Source: Candidatus Omnitrophota bacterium
GTDB lineage: Bacteria > Omnitrophota > Gorgyraeia > Zapsychrales > JAKLDJ01
NCBI GenBank assembly: GCA_022703585.1
Contig: JAKLDJ010000003.1
Span: 142,250 to 206,249, forward strand
Direction of reading: 5' to 3'
Length of the DNA stretch: 64,000 nt
Within the stretch, counting starts at the first letter, position 1; each line of letters opens with the position of its first letter. Shown here piece by piece: positions 9,579 through 18,108 of the stretch. Made by a program: the position numbers and the translations under genes. The notes under the pieces are model-generated. The model saw only the letters and a list, made by a program, of their open reading frames with translations, searched no databases and was not told the DNA's origin.

Positions 9579-10795
9579 TCGCCTTGGGTGTCAACCATTA
9601 TTGTTTTATTTTTTCCGATAAATTTAGCCGTATACATTGCTTTGTCGGCTTTTGAAATAAGATCTTCTTTGGTCTGGGCATGTTCGGGGTAACTGGCGAT
9701 GCCGATACTCACCGTTAGGTTTAGCGGCTGCGCCGACGAGGCGATTTCAAATTTGTACTGAGCGACCTTTTCTCGCATTCTCTCCGCAATGACAAAGGCT
9801 TGTTCTTTGCCGGTTTGGGTTAAAATAATCGAAAATTCCTCTCCTCCGTAACGGCAGACAAAATCCATCTCGCGCGCGCAGTCTTTTAGAAGTTTGGCCA
9901 GTCTTGCTAAGATGACATCACCGCTTTGATGGCCCCATGTATCGTTGAATTTCTTAAAATTGTCGATGTCGACAACCAATAAACTTACCGGTGTGTTACT
10001 TTCCTTTGCTTTTTCGATTTCTAAAAGAAGGGTATCTTGAAAAAATCCATGATTCCACAATGCCGTTAAAGAGTCGGTATTGCTCTTATGGACAATCATT
10101 TCGTAGAGCTGGGAATTTTCGATGGCGAGTCCGGCCTGGTTGGCAAGCATGGTGAAAATCTTTAAATCGTTTTCTGTAATCGGTTTTTGGGTGTAAAAAT
10201 TATCGGCGATGATAATACCGTTAACCTTGTCTTTGGCCTTAAGCGGCATAACGACGAGCTCGTTGGTTTTAAAAACCTGTAAAAGCGGGTCGTGGGCATA
10301 CTGACCGATCGAATCTCTGCGGATATGCAGCGAATTTCCTTTATGGTAAGTCGCGGCCAGGAGGCTGCTCTCGTTACTGTGAAGCGGGATCTTCAGTCGT
10401 TTGATTTGTTCGCTTAAAGGAGTGGGCGTATTCTCGGAATTCTTGTAAACAGAGATCAGGTCTTCCATATCGGCGTTTTCACGCTCGATGTATCTCCAGA
10501 TTTTTTCGGCCTCTTCCCCGGATTCCGGGCCGATCAGCATCTTTCCTTCGAGGACGCGCTCTTTTTTATTAACCAAAAAAAGGACGGCCCGGTTGAATCC
10601 CAATCCGGTGTGCGCGGTTACTCCGGTTAGGATGATATAAAGGATGTGGTTCAATTCGAGGGTGGTGCGCATGGCATTGCTGATGTCGTAAAGGATGGCA
10701 AGCTCTTTGCGCGTACGCTCGAGTTTTTCTTCAAGATTGCTCAGGTTTTTTTCGCCCTGGCTAATATCTTCGCTCATGGAATCAAAGGATAACAC
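9575..10795 (-). CDS. GAF-domain diguanylate cyclase (canonical GGEEF with RxxD I-site)
   Basis: 406 aa; GAF-like N-terminal half; C-terminus AREMDFVCRYGGEEFSIIL; shares a TTAA stop with convergent smc. Confidence 0.85.
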   Translation of the reverse strand: MLSFDSMSEDISQGEKNLSNLEEKLERTRKELAILYDISNAMRTTLELNHILYIILTGVTAHTGLGFNRAVLFLVNKKERVLEGKMLIGPESGEEAEKIWRYIERENADMEDLISVYKNSENTPTPLSEQIKRLKIPLHSNESSLLAATYHKGNSLHIRRDSIGQYAHDPLLQVFKTNELVVMPLKAKDKVNGIIIADNFYTQKPITENDLKIFTMLANQAGLAIENSQLYEMIVHKSNTDSLTALWNHGFFQDTLLLEIEKAKESNTPVSLLVVDIDNFKKFNDTWGHQSGDVILARLAKLLKDCAREMDFVCRYGGEEFSIILTQTGKEQAFVIAERMREKVAQYKFEIASSAQPLNLTVSIGIASYPEHAQTKEDLISKADKAMYTAKFIGKNKTIMVDTQGD

Positions 10796-10912
10796 TTTAT
10801 TAAGTTCTTGTCAAGATATGACCTCGGGGGATGGTTTTAGTCTAACTTGCAAGTTATTTATTATCATATAGTTATGTTTGAATGGCGTGCTTAATGTCGA
10901 GAAAGCGTTTTC

Positions 10913-10941
10913 TTGACAGGGCTAGAAGTGCGTGTTATACT
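10913..10941 (+). promoter_or_regulatory. near-consensus sigma70 promoter (TTGACA-N17-TATACT), probably driving cvpA
   Basis: TTGACA at 10913-10918, 17-nt spacer, TATACT at 10936-10941. Confidence 0.5.
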
Positions 10942-11076
10942 TTAGCGCTTAAACAAAGAAATTTACTACAAACCACAGGATGGCGGATTAATATAACATT
11001 CAAAGAATGTTTTTATAAAAAGGCCATCCTGATTTCTTATTGAGAGTTGTGCATTTAATCAAATAGGGGGGGATTA

Positions 11077-11673
11077 ATGCTGACGGAGGAAGTGGTTAAA
11101 AGTATTAATTGGATTGATATCCTTGTAGCGGCTATTATTATCAGAATAATTTATGTCGGTTTTAAGAGGGGTTTTGTCGTCGAGCTTTTTAAGCTTATCG
11201 GAGTTGTCTTAGCCGTTTTTGTTACACTTCATTATTTCAGTACTTTTTCCCAGTCTTTGCAGGATAGCGCCCACTTTCCTGCGGGTATAGCTAATATCGT
11301 TGCCTACGGAATGCTGTGGGGTGCGGTTATCTTAGTGTTTAAATTGGTTCGTGACGGCTTGCTGGTACTGTTAAAAATCGAGGCACATTCTGCTCTTGAT
11401 AAATGGGGCGGTGTGATTCTGGCGGCGGGGCGATCCGTCCTTTTGGCTAGTCTGACACTCCTATTTTTGAGCGCGGCAACCATAGGGTATTTTACAAAGA
11501 ACCTAGAGAAATCTCTGGTGTCTTCGCGTGTTGTCCGGGTGGCGCCGGGTTTATATGAAGGAATATATGACGGGATTGTAGTCAAGTTTTTTCCCGAGGA
11601 AAAATTGAATACCGCCGCTTTTACTCTCAGCGATTTTAACAGCGGGGTTCAGGGCAAGGAAGAGAAGCGCTAG
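11077..11673 (+). CDS. cvpA: CvpA-family membrane protein (colicin V production protein)
   Basis: 198 aa, four predicted TM helices, N-terminus INWIDILVAAIIIRIIYVGFKRGFVVELFKLIG typical of CvpA. Confidence 0.75.
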   Translation: MLTEEVVKSINWIDILVAAIIIRIIYVGFKRGFVVELFKLIGVVLAVFVTLHYFSTFSQSLQDSAHFPAGIANIVAYGMLWGAVILVFKLVRDGLLVLLKIEAHSALDKWGGVILAAGRSVLLASLTLLFLSAATIGYFTKNLEKSLVSSRVVRVAPGLYEGIYDGIVVKFFPEEKLNTAAFTLSDFNSGVQGKEEKR

Positions 11674-11733
11674 GCAGCGGACGCTATTTATGAAATTAAA
11701 CGGTTTTATCTTTTCTTATAAAAGGTTGTTCAA

Positions 11734-12690
11734 TTGCGATTAAAAAAGATTTACGATTTCTTTATTCAGCAGGGAATCTTAGAGGATTTAAGAAGCAGGC
11801 GCAAAATTACCGAAGGCCTGCGCACGGCTAGGCGCGAATGCCGCAAGCTTAAATCTTTTGAGAAAAAGTTCTTTGATAAAGAGAATTTAACCAACCCTTA
11901 CTCGGATACGCGTATACTCTGCGGCGATCAAGACACGCAAGTGCGCCGTATCTTGGTCGGTATCGATATGGAGGTCGGAGAAATTCTCCTGGCGGACCGG
12001 CTTACGGAGAAGGGCAAAAAGATTGATCTTATTCTGGCACATCATCCTGAAGGAAGGGCCCTGGCCGGTTTAAAAGAGGTAATGAATCTCCAGACGGACG
12101 TGCTTTGCGATTTAGGGTTAGACGCTAAAATCGCCAAGGATTTTATGGATAAAAGGATTGACGAGGTCACCCGGCGCCTGCACGCGGCCAATCACTCTCG
12201 TGCCGTCGATGTTGCCAGGTTGCTCGATGTTCCTTTTATGTGCTGTCATACGCCGGCGGATAATCATGTCGCTGGATATTTGCAAAAAATAATGGATACC
12301 CGCAAGCCCAAAACTCTTGAAGATATTATCCGGATTTTAATGAAAGAGCCGGAATATCAACAGGCGATGAAGGATAAGGTCGGCCCCCGTATTCTGGTCG
12401 GGAAGCCAAAAGATTTGGCCGGAAAGATTTTTGTGGACATGACTGGCGGCACGGAAGGATCAAAAGATGTCTTTGGCCGCCTCTCGCAGCTCGGGGTTAA
12501 AACTCTAATCGGCATGCATTTGTCCGAAGAGCATTTTAACAGGATAAAATCGGAACATATGAATGTGATTATTGCCGGGCATATTGCCAGTGATAATTTA
12601 GGAATGAATTTATTATTCGATAAGCTGGAAAAGCACGGCGATTTTGAATTTATTGAGTGTTCGGGGTTTAGAAGGGTCAAGCGAAAATAA
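11734..12690 (+). CDS. Nif3-family dinuclear metal-centre protein (YqfO/YbgI-like)
   Basis: TTG start; His-rich metal motifs LILAHHPEG and IIAGHIASD resemble Nif3 VIVHHG / AGHHATE; sits next to dnaG-rpoD as yqfO does in Firmicutes. Confidence 0.55.
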   Translation: MRLKKIYDFFIQQGILEDLRSRRKITEGLRTARRECRKLKSFEKKFFDKENLTNPYSDTRILCGDQDTQVRRILVGIDMEVGEILLADRLTEKGKKIDLILAHHPEGRALAGLKEVMNLQTDVLCDLGLDAKIAKDFMDKRIDEVTRRLHAANHSRAVDVARLLDVPFMCCHTPADNHVAGYLQKIMDTRKPKTLEDIIRILMKEPEYQQAMKDKVGPRILVGKPKDLAGKIFVDMTGGTEGSKDVFGRLSQLGVKTLIGMHLSEEHFNRIKSEHMNVIIAGHIASDNLGMNLLFDKLEKHGDFEFIECSGFRRVKRK

Positions 12691-12760
12691 AGTTTCCTTT
12701 TAACGGCAGCATCAAAAGCTTGCCCTTACGGTTTTATATTTTGTTTAAAAAGGTTTAACG

Positions 12761-14539
12761 ATGGGTTTAATCCCTGAAGAAACCATTGCGCAGGTAATCG
12801 AGCGCTGTGATATTGCGCAGGTTATCGCAAGCTACCTTCCCTTAAAGCGCGCCGGAAGAAATTTTAAGGCGTGCTGTCCTTTTCATCACGAAAAGACGCC
12901 GTCTTTTGTTGTTAATCCGGATAAGCAGATATTTCACTGTTTCGGGTGCGGTGAAGGCGGCAATGTTATTAAATTTGTGATGCTTCAGGAACGGGTTGAG
13001 TTTCCCGAGGCGGTCAAGATGCTGGCCGCGCCGTTGGGGATTGTGATCACCCAGAATGAGACTCTGGATCCGCAGGCGCTCAGCTTAAAAGAACTTCTCT
13101 ATAAGATTAATGACCTAGCGGCAAACTTTTTTCATAGCACCTTAGCGACGTCAAACACTGAATCGGAAAACGCGCGGCAGTATTTAAAGAAGCGGGACGT
13201 TGCCTTTGAAACGGCCAAAAAACTAAAATTAGGATTCGTTTCCGATAAATGGGATAGTCTGCTGAATCATTTACGGGCTAAGAATATCAGTTTGAGCGTT
13301 ATGGAAAAAGCGGGGTTGATTATCCCCAACGATGGCCGGGACGGTTTTCACGACCGTTTTCGCGACAGAATTATTTTTCCGATCTTTGATATCCGCGGTA
13401 ATTGTATTGCGTTTGGCGGCAGGGCCATGAAAGACGGTGTAGCCAAGTATATGAATTCTCCCGAAACCGCCGTTTATACGAAAGGAAACCACCTCTACGG
13501 TTTTAACCTAGCCAAGGATGGGGTGCGGGAAAAAGATTTTGTTATTGTGGTCGAAGGGTACATGGATTTTCTTATTCCCTTTCAGGCCGGCGTGAATAAT
13601 ATCGTTGCTTCTTTGGGGACGGCGTTAACCGTTGACCAGATTCGTTTGATTCGCCGCTACACCCATAATATTGTGATGCTCTTTGATGCCGACCAGGCCG
13701 GTGAATCGGCGATGATCCGGAGCCTCGACCTTTTGATCGACGAGGGAATGAGTGTTAAAGTGGCGGTTTTGACCTCCGGTGACGATCCGGATTCGTTTGT
13801 ATGTAAATTTGGGGTAGAACGTTTTAACGAGCAGATCACAGCGGCCTTATCGCTCTTTGATTATAAACTAAAAATTTTGATGGGCCAACATAGCCACAAG
13901 ACCGTGGAAGGCAAGGCGCGCATTTCAAGCGAAATGTTACCGACGATTAATCGCTTTGATAATGCGGTTATGAAATTCGGTTATATCAAGAGGCTTTCGG
14001 AAGTTCTCGCGGTTCCGGAGCAGGCATTGCTGATGGACCTTCAAAAGGTGCCGTCTCCAACTACCGGGCGGCAGGAGCCGTCTTTAAAATTCTCGACAAC
14101 AACTGCTCCTGTCCAGACGCGCAATGTGGAGCATAGTCTTTTGAAATTGATGTTGGATGACGGAGATGACCAGAAGAATTTATTTTTGATCAAGCAGGAA
14201 TTGACCGTATTGGATTTTCAAGATGAGCGAATCCGTAGTGTCGTGCAGCAAATATTTCAACTAACGGATGAAGGTAAAAAGATCAGTACCGCTGCCCTGA
14301 TGGGTTGTTTTGACGACAAGCAGATCTTGCAGATTATTTCACAGCTGATGACGCGCGAAGATATTGTAGCCGAAGACAGAGAAAAGATGACCTGGGATTG
14401 TATTAATCGCGTCAAGAATGAGAGGCTTAAAAACATGCGCCGTGACTTGAGCCATCAGATCAAACTTGCGGAAACATCAGGCGATCACGGCCGATTAAGT
14501 GAATTGACACAAAGGTTTAACCAATTACTGAAGGGATAG
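12761..14539 (+). CDS. dnaG: DNA primase
   Basis: 592 aa; zinc-binding CPFHHEKTPSFVVNPDKQIFHCFGCGEGG, TOPRIM domain (VVEGYMDFL ... LFDADQAG). Confidence 0.9.
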   Translation: MGLIPEETIAQVIERCDIAQVIASYLPLKRAGRNFKACCPFHHEKTPSFVVNPDKQIFHCFGCGEGGNVIKFVMLQERVEFPEAVKMLAAPLGIVITQNETLDPQALSLKELLYKINDLAANFFHSTLATSNTESENARQYLKKRDVAFETAKKLKLGFVSDKWDSLLNHLRAKNISLSVMEKAGLIIPNDGRDGFHDRFRDRIIFPIFDIRGNCIAFGGRAMKDGVAKYMNSPETAVYTKGNHLYGFNLAKDGVREKDFVIVVEGYMDFLIPFQAGVNNIVASLGTALTVDQIRLIRRYTHNIVMLFDADQAGESAMIRSLDLLIDEGMSVKVAVLTSGDDPDSFVCKFGVERFNEQITAALSLFDYKLKILMGQHSHKTVEGKARISSEMLPTINRFDNAVMKFGYIKRLSEVLAVPEQALLMDLQKVPSPTTGRQEPSLKFSTTTAPVQTRNVEHSLLKLMLDDGDDQKNLFLIKQELTVLDFQDERIRSVVQQIFQLTDEGKKISTAALMGCFDDKQILQIISQLMTREDIVAEDREKMTWDCINRVKNERLKNMRRDLSHQIKLAETSGDHGRLSELTQRFNQLLKG

Positions 14540-14542
14540 CCG

Positions 14543-16126
14543 ATGAAGAAGAGCAAAGACCTAAAACAGAATGTTGAGAAATTAGTTTCGCTGGGGAAAA
14601 GCAAGGGGTATCTGACCTATGACGAGGTCAATTCCAATCTCTCCAACGATATTGATTCCTCGGATGACATTGATAAGGTTTTTGATATCCTTGACGGGGA
14701 AGACATTAAGGTGGTCGACTCCGAGGAGGATGCGGATCCCCAAGAATCTCAAGAAGAGGCTAAGGCCCAGGAGGCCGAGCGCTTAAGAGAAGAGCAGGGC
14801 AAAGAGGATAATGTCTACGCAGAAAAGTTTATTCCTCTCGATGACCCGGTTAAGATGTATTTAAAGCAGATGGGGTCGATCTCGCTTTTGTCGCGCGAAA
14901 ATGAAATTAGCCTGGCCAAGAAAATCGAGGATACGGAAAATAAATTTGCCGAGGCATTATTTAAAACTGCCTTTGCGCGTAAAGAGGCCTTAAGGATCAT
15001 TAACAGCGTTTTAAAAGGCGAGATCAATGTCGAGGATGTGGTGAAAGATGAGCTGGAAAGGCGCCCGAAGCTGATCCGTGATATCAAGAACATTATTCAC
15101 CAGGTCCGGCATTCGCGGGTGGGGTCAGATAAGTCGGCAAAGATTATCGCTGGCTTCAAATTAACCTCGACCGTCAATGAAGAGATTGTGGTAAAAATCA
15201 GCAAGCTTGTCGAGAGTATCGAAAAGATTTCCCGGACTTTGACGACGGAAAGAAAGACGAAACAGCTCTTAAAATTAAGAGAGCAAAAAAAACAGCTTAT
15301 TAGAGAGCTTTCCGAGCCCATTAATACTGTCAAGGACCAGTTGCGTATTATTAAAGTCCGTCAAGCCAAATTCAGCAGGGCCAAGAAAGAGCTTGTGGAG
15401 GCGAACCTAAGGCTGGTGGTAAGCATTGCCAAGAAGTACATTAACCGTGGTCTGTCCTTCCTGGACCTTATTCAAGAAGGGAACATGGGGCTGATTCGGG
15501 CGGTGGAAAAATTTGAATACCAGCGCGGATATAAATTCTCAACCTATGCAACCTGGTGGATTCGTCAGGCGATTACCCGCTCGATCGCGGACCAAGCCAG
15601 GACGATCAGAATTCCGGTGCATATGACCGAGACGATCAACAAGATTATCCGCGTTTCGCGGTTGTTCGTCCAGGAATACGGGCGTGAACCGACAGCTCCT
15701 GAAATTGCCCGGCAGATGCGTATTCCCATAGGCAAGGTTAAAGAGATCCTAAAAATCTCCCAGGTTCCGATTTCTCTGCAGACGCCTATCGGCGACGAAG
15801 GAGATACGCATTTTGGGGATTTTATCGAGGACAAAAAAGCCATCTCGCCGGCCAACGCCACGCTTCATTCCATGCTTAAAGACGAGATTGGGGGAGTATT
15901 AAATACCCTCGATGAACGTGAGCGCAAGATTCTGGAGATGCGTTTTGGTATTCATGACGGTTCCAGCCGCACCCTAGAAGAGGTTGGTAGCGAATTCAGT
16001 GTTACCCGCGAGAGGGTAAGGCAGATTGAATCCAAGGCGCTGCGGAAGCTGCGCCACCCCACGCGTTCAAGGAGACTTAAAACCTTTCTCGACATGACCG
16101 TAAAAGAAGGAGAAGGGCTGTTATAA
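14543..16126 (+). CDS. rpoD: RNA polymerase sigma-70 factor
   Basis: 527 aa; acidic region 1, region 2 [13 protein letters not shown]...[12 protein letters not shown], region 4 [18 protein letters not shown]. Confidence 0.9.
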   Translation: MKKSKDLKQNVEKLVSLGKSKGYLTYDEVNSNLSNDIDSSDDIDKVFDILDGEDIKVVDSEEDADPQESQEEAKAQEAERLREEQGKEDNVYAEKFIPLDDPVKMYLKQMGSISLLSRENEISLAKKIEDTENKFAEALFKTAFARKEALRIINSVLKGEINVEDVVKDELERRPKLIRDIKNIIHQVRHSRVGSDKSAKIIAGFKLTSTVNEEIVVKISKLVESIEKISRTLTTERKTKQLLKLREQKKQLIRELSEPINTVKDQLRIIKVRQAKFSRAKKELVEANLRLVVSIAKKYINRGLSFLDLIQEGNMGLIRAVEKFEYQRGYKFSTYATWWIRQAITRSIADQARTIRIPVHMTETINKIIRVSRLFVQEYGREPTAPEIARQMRIPIGKVKEILKISQVPISLQTPIGDEGDTHFGDFIEDKKAISPANATLHSMLKDEIGGVLNTLDERERKILEMRFGIHDGSSRTLEEVGSEFSVTRERVRQIESKALRKLRHPTRSRRLKTFLDMTVKEGEGLL

Positions 16127-16159
16127 ACATTGCCTTGCGATGGAAGGCATGAACGCCTA

Positions 16160-16196
16160 GGGGGCCTGCTGTTCACAGCAGGCCCCCTAAAGTTTT
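16160..16196 (+). terminator. rho-independent terminator after rpoD
   Basis: GGGGGCCTGCTG-TTCA-CAGCAGGCCCCC hairpin followed by TAAAGTTTT. Confidence 0.7.
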
Positions 16197-16237
16197 GGGG
16201 CTTCGAAAGTTATAACGGGGGTAGCGGTTATTTTTGC

Positions 16238-16266
16238 TTGCGAAAAGGTTCTTTTGATAGTAGAAT
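16238..16266 (+). promoter_or_regulatory. sigma70-like promoter for the tRNA cluster (TTGCGA-N17-TAGAAT)
   Basis: -35 TTGCGA 16238-16243, 17-nt spacer, -10 TAGAAT 16261-16266, about 30 nt upstream of tRNA-Met. Confidence 0.45.
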
Positions 16267-16299
16267 ACACCTTCAGCCCAAAGTTAAAATGGCGTTTTC

Positions 16300-16373
16300 G
16301 GGCCCATAGCTCAGACGGTTAGAGCAACTGACTCATAATCAGTGGGTCCCAGGTTCGATTCCTGGTGGGCCCA
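16300..16373 (+). tRNA. tRNA-Met (anticodon CAU; elongator type with G1-C72; could also be a lysidine-modified tRNA-Ile2)
   Basis: GGGCCCA acceptor stem pairs with TGGGCCC, D-arm GCTC/GAGC, anticodon stem ACTGA/TCAGT with loop CTCATAA, T-arm CCAGG-TTCGATT-CCTGG; no encoded CCA. Confidence 0.85.
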
Positions 16374-16427
16374 GCGATTATTGGTGTTTTAGTTCGGATA
16401 ATAATAAATTCTGGGCACATAGCTCAG

Positions 16428-16473
16428 CCCTGCTTTCCTTAAACGATTTTGTTCTAGAGGATGCAGGTGCAGC
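16428..16473 (+). repeat. direct repeat R1 (46 nt) immediately 3' of tRNA-Val(UAC) piece 1
   Basis: ccctgctttccttaaacgattttgttctagaggatgcaggtgcagc; about 40/46 identical to R2. Confidence 0.8.
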
Positions 16474-16552
16474 CCTTGACCTTTCTCAACGATAGCTTTT
16501 AGTTTTATTGAAGTCAAGGGCAGCTGGCTAGAGCGCTGCCCTTACATGGCAG

Positions 16553-16597
16553 CCCCGCTTTCCTTAAAAAATTTTGTTCTAGAAGAGCAGGTGCAGC
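16553..16597 (+). repeat. direct repeat R2 (45 nt) immediately 3' of tRNA-Val(UAC) piece 2
   Basis: ccccgctttccttaaaaaattttgttctagaagagcaggtgcagc. Confidence 0.8.
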
Positions 16598-16650
16598 ACT
16601 ATCTTTTTCTATGAAATAGTTGTGAAGAATAAAGCGAATAAAGATTTATT

Positions 16651-16724
16651 GGGTGCATAGCTCAGCTGGTTAGAGCGCTGCCCTCACATGGCAGAGGTCG
16701 AAGGTTCGAGTCCTTCTGTACCCA
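16651..16724 (+). tRNA. tRNA-Val (anticodon CAC), intact, nested between pieces 2 and 3 of the split tRNA-Val(UAC)
   Basis: GGGTGCA acceptor pairs with TGTACCC (one G.U), D-arm GCTC-AGCTGGTTA-GAGC, anticodon stem CTGCC/GGCAG with loop CTCACAT, T-arm GAAGG-TTCGAGT-CCTTC; 74 nt, no encoded CCA. Confidence 0.8.
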
Positions 16725-16728
16725 TGAT

Positions 16729-16757
16729 AAAATTTCTTTAGAGGGGAGCTGGTGCAG
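16729..16757 (+). repeat. partial third copy (3' half) of the R repeat, directly 3' of tRNA-Val(CAC) and 5' of tRNA-Val(UAC) piece 3
   Basis: aaaatttctttagaggggagctggtgcag aligns with the 3' half of R1/R2 (..attttgttctagaRgRgcaggtgcag). Confidence 0.6.
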
Positions 16758-16849
16758 AGGTCGAAGGTTCGAGTCCCTCTGTGCTCACCAGACTTGTTTT
16801 TTGGGATTTATTTAGAACTATTTTTCTTCTTAGACAAGGATAAAGTAAA

Positions 16850-17575
16850 GTGCCGGAAGTTTCGATTAAAGACCAAATCAAAAAGCTCGTCGATTTACAG
16901 ACGATTGACGCAGAAATTTATCTCTATAAACGTGATTTAAGAGAAAAGCCTCTTTACGTCGAAGAGCTTAAAAAAAGATACGAGGACAAAAAGGCAGGCC
17001 TTAAAGCCTTGGAGGAGAAGGCCAAGGCCATCCAGGTGAATCGCAAAGCCCAGGAATTGGAGTTGCAAACCAAAGAAGGTGATATCGTTAAGGCTAATGC
17101 CCAGCTGTCGTTGCTTAAAACCAATAAAGAGTATCAGGCGAAATTGACTGAGATCCAGAGTATGAAGGCCGATAAGTCTGTCATCGAAGAAAAGATTCTT
17201 GTTTTCTATGATGAGAGCGATGCGGTTAACGCTGATATTGAGAAGGAGCGTAAGTTTCTAGCCGAAGAAGAGCAGAAATATCTGACGCAGAAAAAAGAGG
17301 TTGATGATTCGGTTAAGGAAATCGAAGAAAAGCTTAAAGTCCTGAATCTCAAGAGAAGTCAAATTACTCCCGACATAAGCAAATCTAACTTAAGCCGCTA
17401 TGAGAGAGTGTTGGAGAATAAAGACGGATTGGCCATTGTTCCTGTTAACGGCAATTCTTGCGGTGGCTGTTTTATGAGCGTGCCGGATCAAGTCATTAAC
17501 GAAATTAAGATGCACGAGAGGCTTGTCCTTTGCGAGATGTGTTCGAGGGTGTTGTATCTCGCGGATGACCTTTAA
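16850..17575 (+). CDS. coiled-coil protein with a C-terminal C4 zinc ribbon (COG1579/DUF164 family)
   Basis: GTG start; long coiled coil then NGNSCGGCFMSVPDQ...LVLCEMCSRVLY zinc ribbon; this family often sits just upstream of rnhA/rnpB. Confidence 0.7.
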   Translation: MPEVSIKDQIKKLVDLQTIDAEIYLYKRDLREKPLYVEELKKRYEDKKAGLKALEEKAKAIQVNRKAQELELQTKEGDIVKANAQLSLLKTNKEYQAKLTEIQSMKADKSVIEEKILVFYDESDAVNADIEKERKFLAEEEQKYLTQKKEVDDSVKEIEEKLKVLNLKRSQITPDISKSNLSRYERVLENKDGLAIVPVNGNSCGGCFMSVPDQVINEIKMHERLVLCEMCSRVLYLADDL

Positions 17576-17646
17576 GCCGCCCGGGGGATATCGAGGGCTA
17601 GCAGATTTTGAGAATTTTGTTTTAGTTCTTTTGAAAGGAAAAACGT

Positions 17647-18108
17647 TTGAGCAAGACACTTGAAATATTTATTGACGGTGCCTGCAAAGGAAATCCCGGC
17701 CCGGCTGCCGTCGGCGTCGTGATTACGGACAACGGAAAGACCGTTAAAAATATTTCCAAGGCTATCGGCCATGCGACGAATAACATTGCCGAATATATGG
17801 CTCTTGTTTATGCCTTGCAGGAGGCGCTTATTCTGCGCGTGGACAAGATCAGGGTTTACACCGATAGTGAGCTTCTCTGCAATCAAGTCAACGGCAGTTA
17901 CAAGATTAAAAATCCGCATCTGAAATTTTTTCATGCTCAGGTCGAGCATTTATTGTCGGGATTTAAGGACGCCCAGATAAGGCATATCCCCCGGGAAAAA
18001 AACCGCGGGGCGGATCGGTTAGCGTCCAAGGCGATATCAAAAGAGCAAGTCAAGGCAACCGCCCTGATGTTTGACATCGGGGAGGAAAGTCCGAGCTCCG
18101 AAGGATGA
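17647..18108 (+). CDS. rnhA: ribonuclease HI
   Basis: TTG start; IFIDGACKGNPGPAAVGVV, NNIAEYMALVYAL and TDSELL catalytic motifs; last about 22 codons are encoded by the 5' part of the RNase P RNA. Confidence 0.85.
   Translation: MSKTLEIFIDGACKGNPGPAAVGVVITDNGKTVKNISKAIGHATNNIAEYMALVYALQEALILRVDKIRVYTDSELLCNQVNGSYKIKNPHLKFFHAQVEHLLSGFKDAQIRHIPREKNRGADRLASKAISKEQVKATALMFDIGEESPSSEG

Larger units (their letters stand above)
16413..16790 (+). pseudogene. interrupted tRNA-Val(UAC): three co-linear pieces (16413-16427, 16524-16552, 16758-16787 plus CCA 16788-16790) that sum to a canonical 74-nt cloverleaf; either a multi-intron tRNA or an element-disrupted pseudogene
   Basis: Pieces GGGCACATAGCTCAG, CTGGCTAGAGCGCTGCCCTTACATGGCAG and AGGTCGAAGGTTCGAGTCCCTCTGTGCTCA(CCA). 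Acceptor GGGCACA pairs with TGTGCTC (one G.U), D-stem GCTC/GAGC, anticodon stem CTGCC/GGCAG with loop CTTACAT (UAC), T-arm with one A.C mismatch. Confidence 0.5.

Noticed and set aside
16428-16757. Group I or group II intron in the split tRNA
   Set aside because: The inserts are about 96 and 205 nt and lie in the D-loop and at the anticodon-stem/variable-loop junction, not in the anticodon loop. They lack the P/Q/R/S elements and the size of group I introns (over 200 nt of core) or the domain V of group II introns. A canonical self-splicing intron is therefore unlikely, and the nature of the inserts is left open.
16381-16800. CRISPR array or mobile-element att site at the tRNA cluster
   Set aside because: Only two and a half copies of a 45-nt repeat with irregular spacing, no cas genes, and no integrase or phage genes in the window. 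The repeats are tied to tRNA fragment ends rather than to unique spacers.
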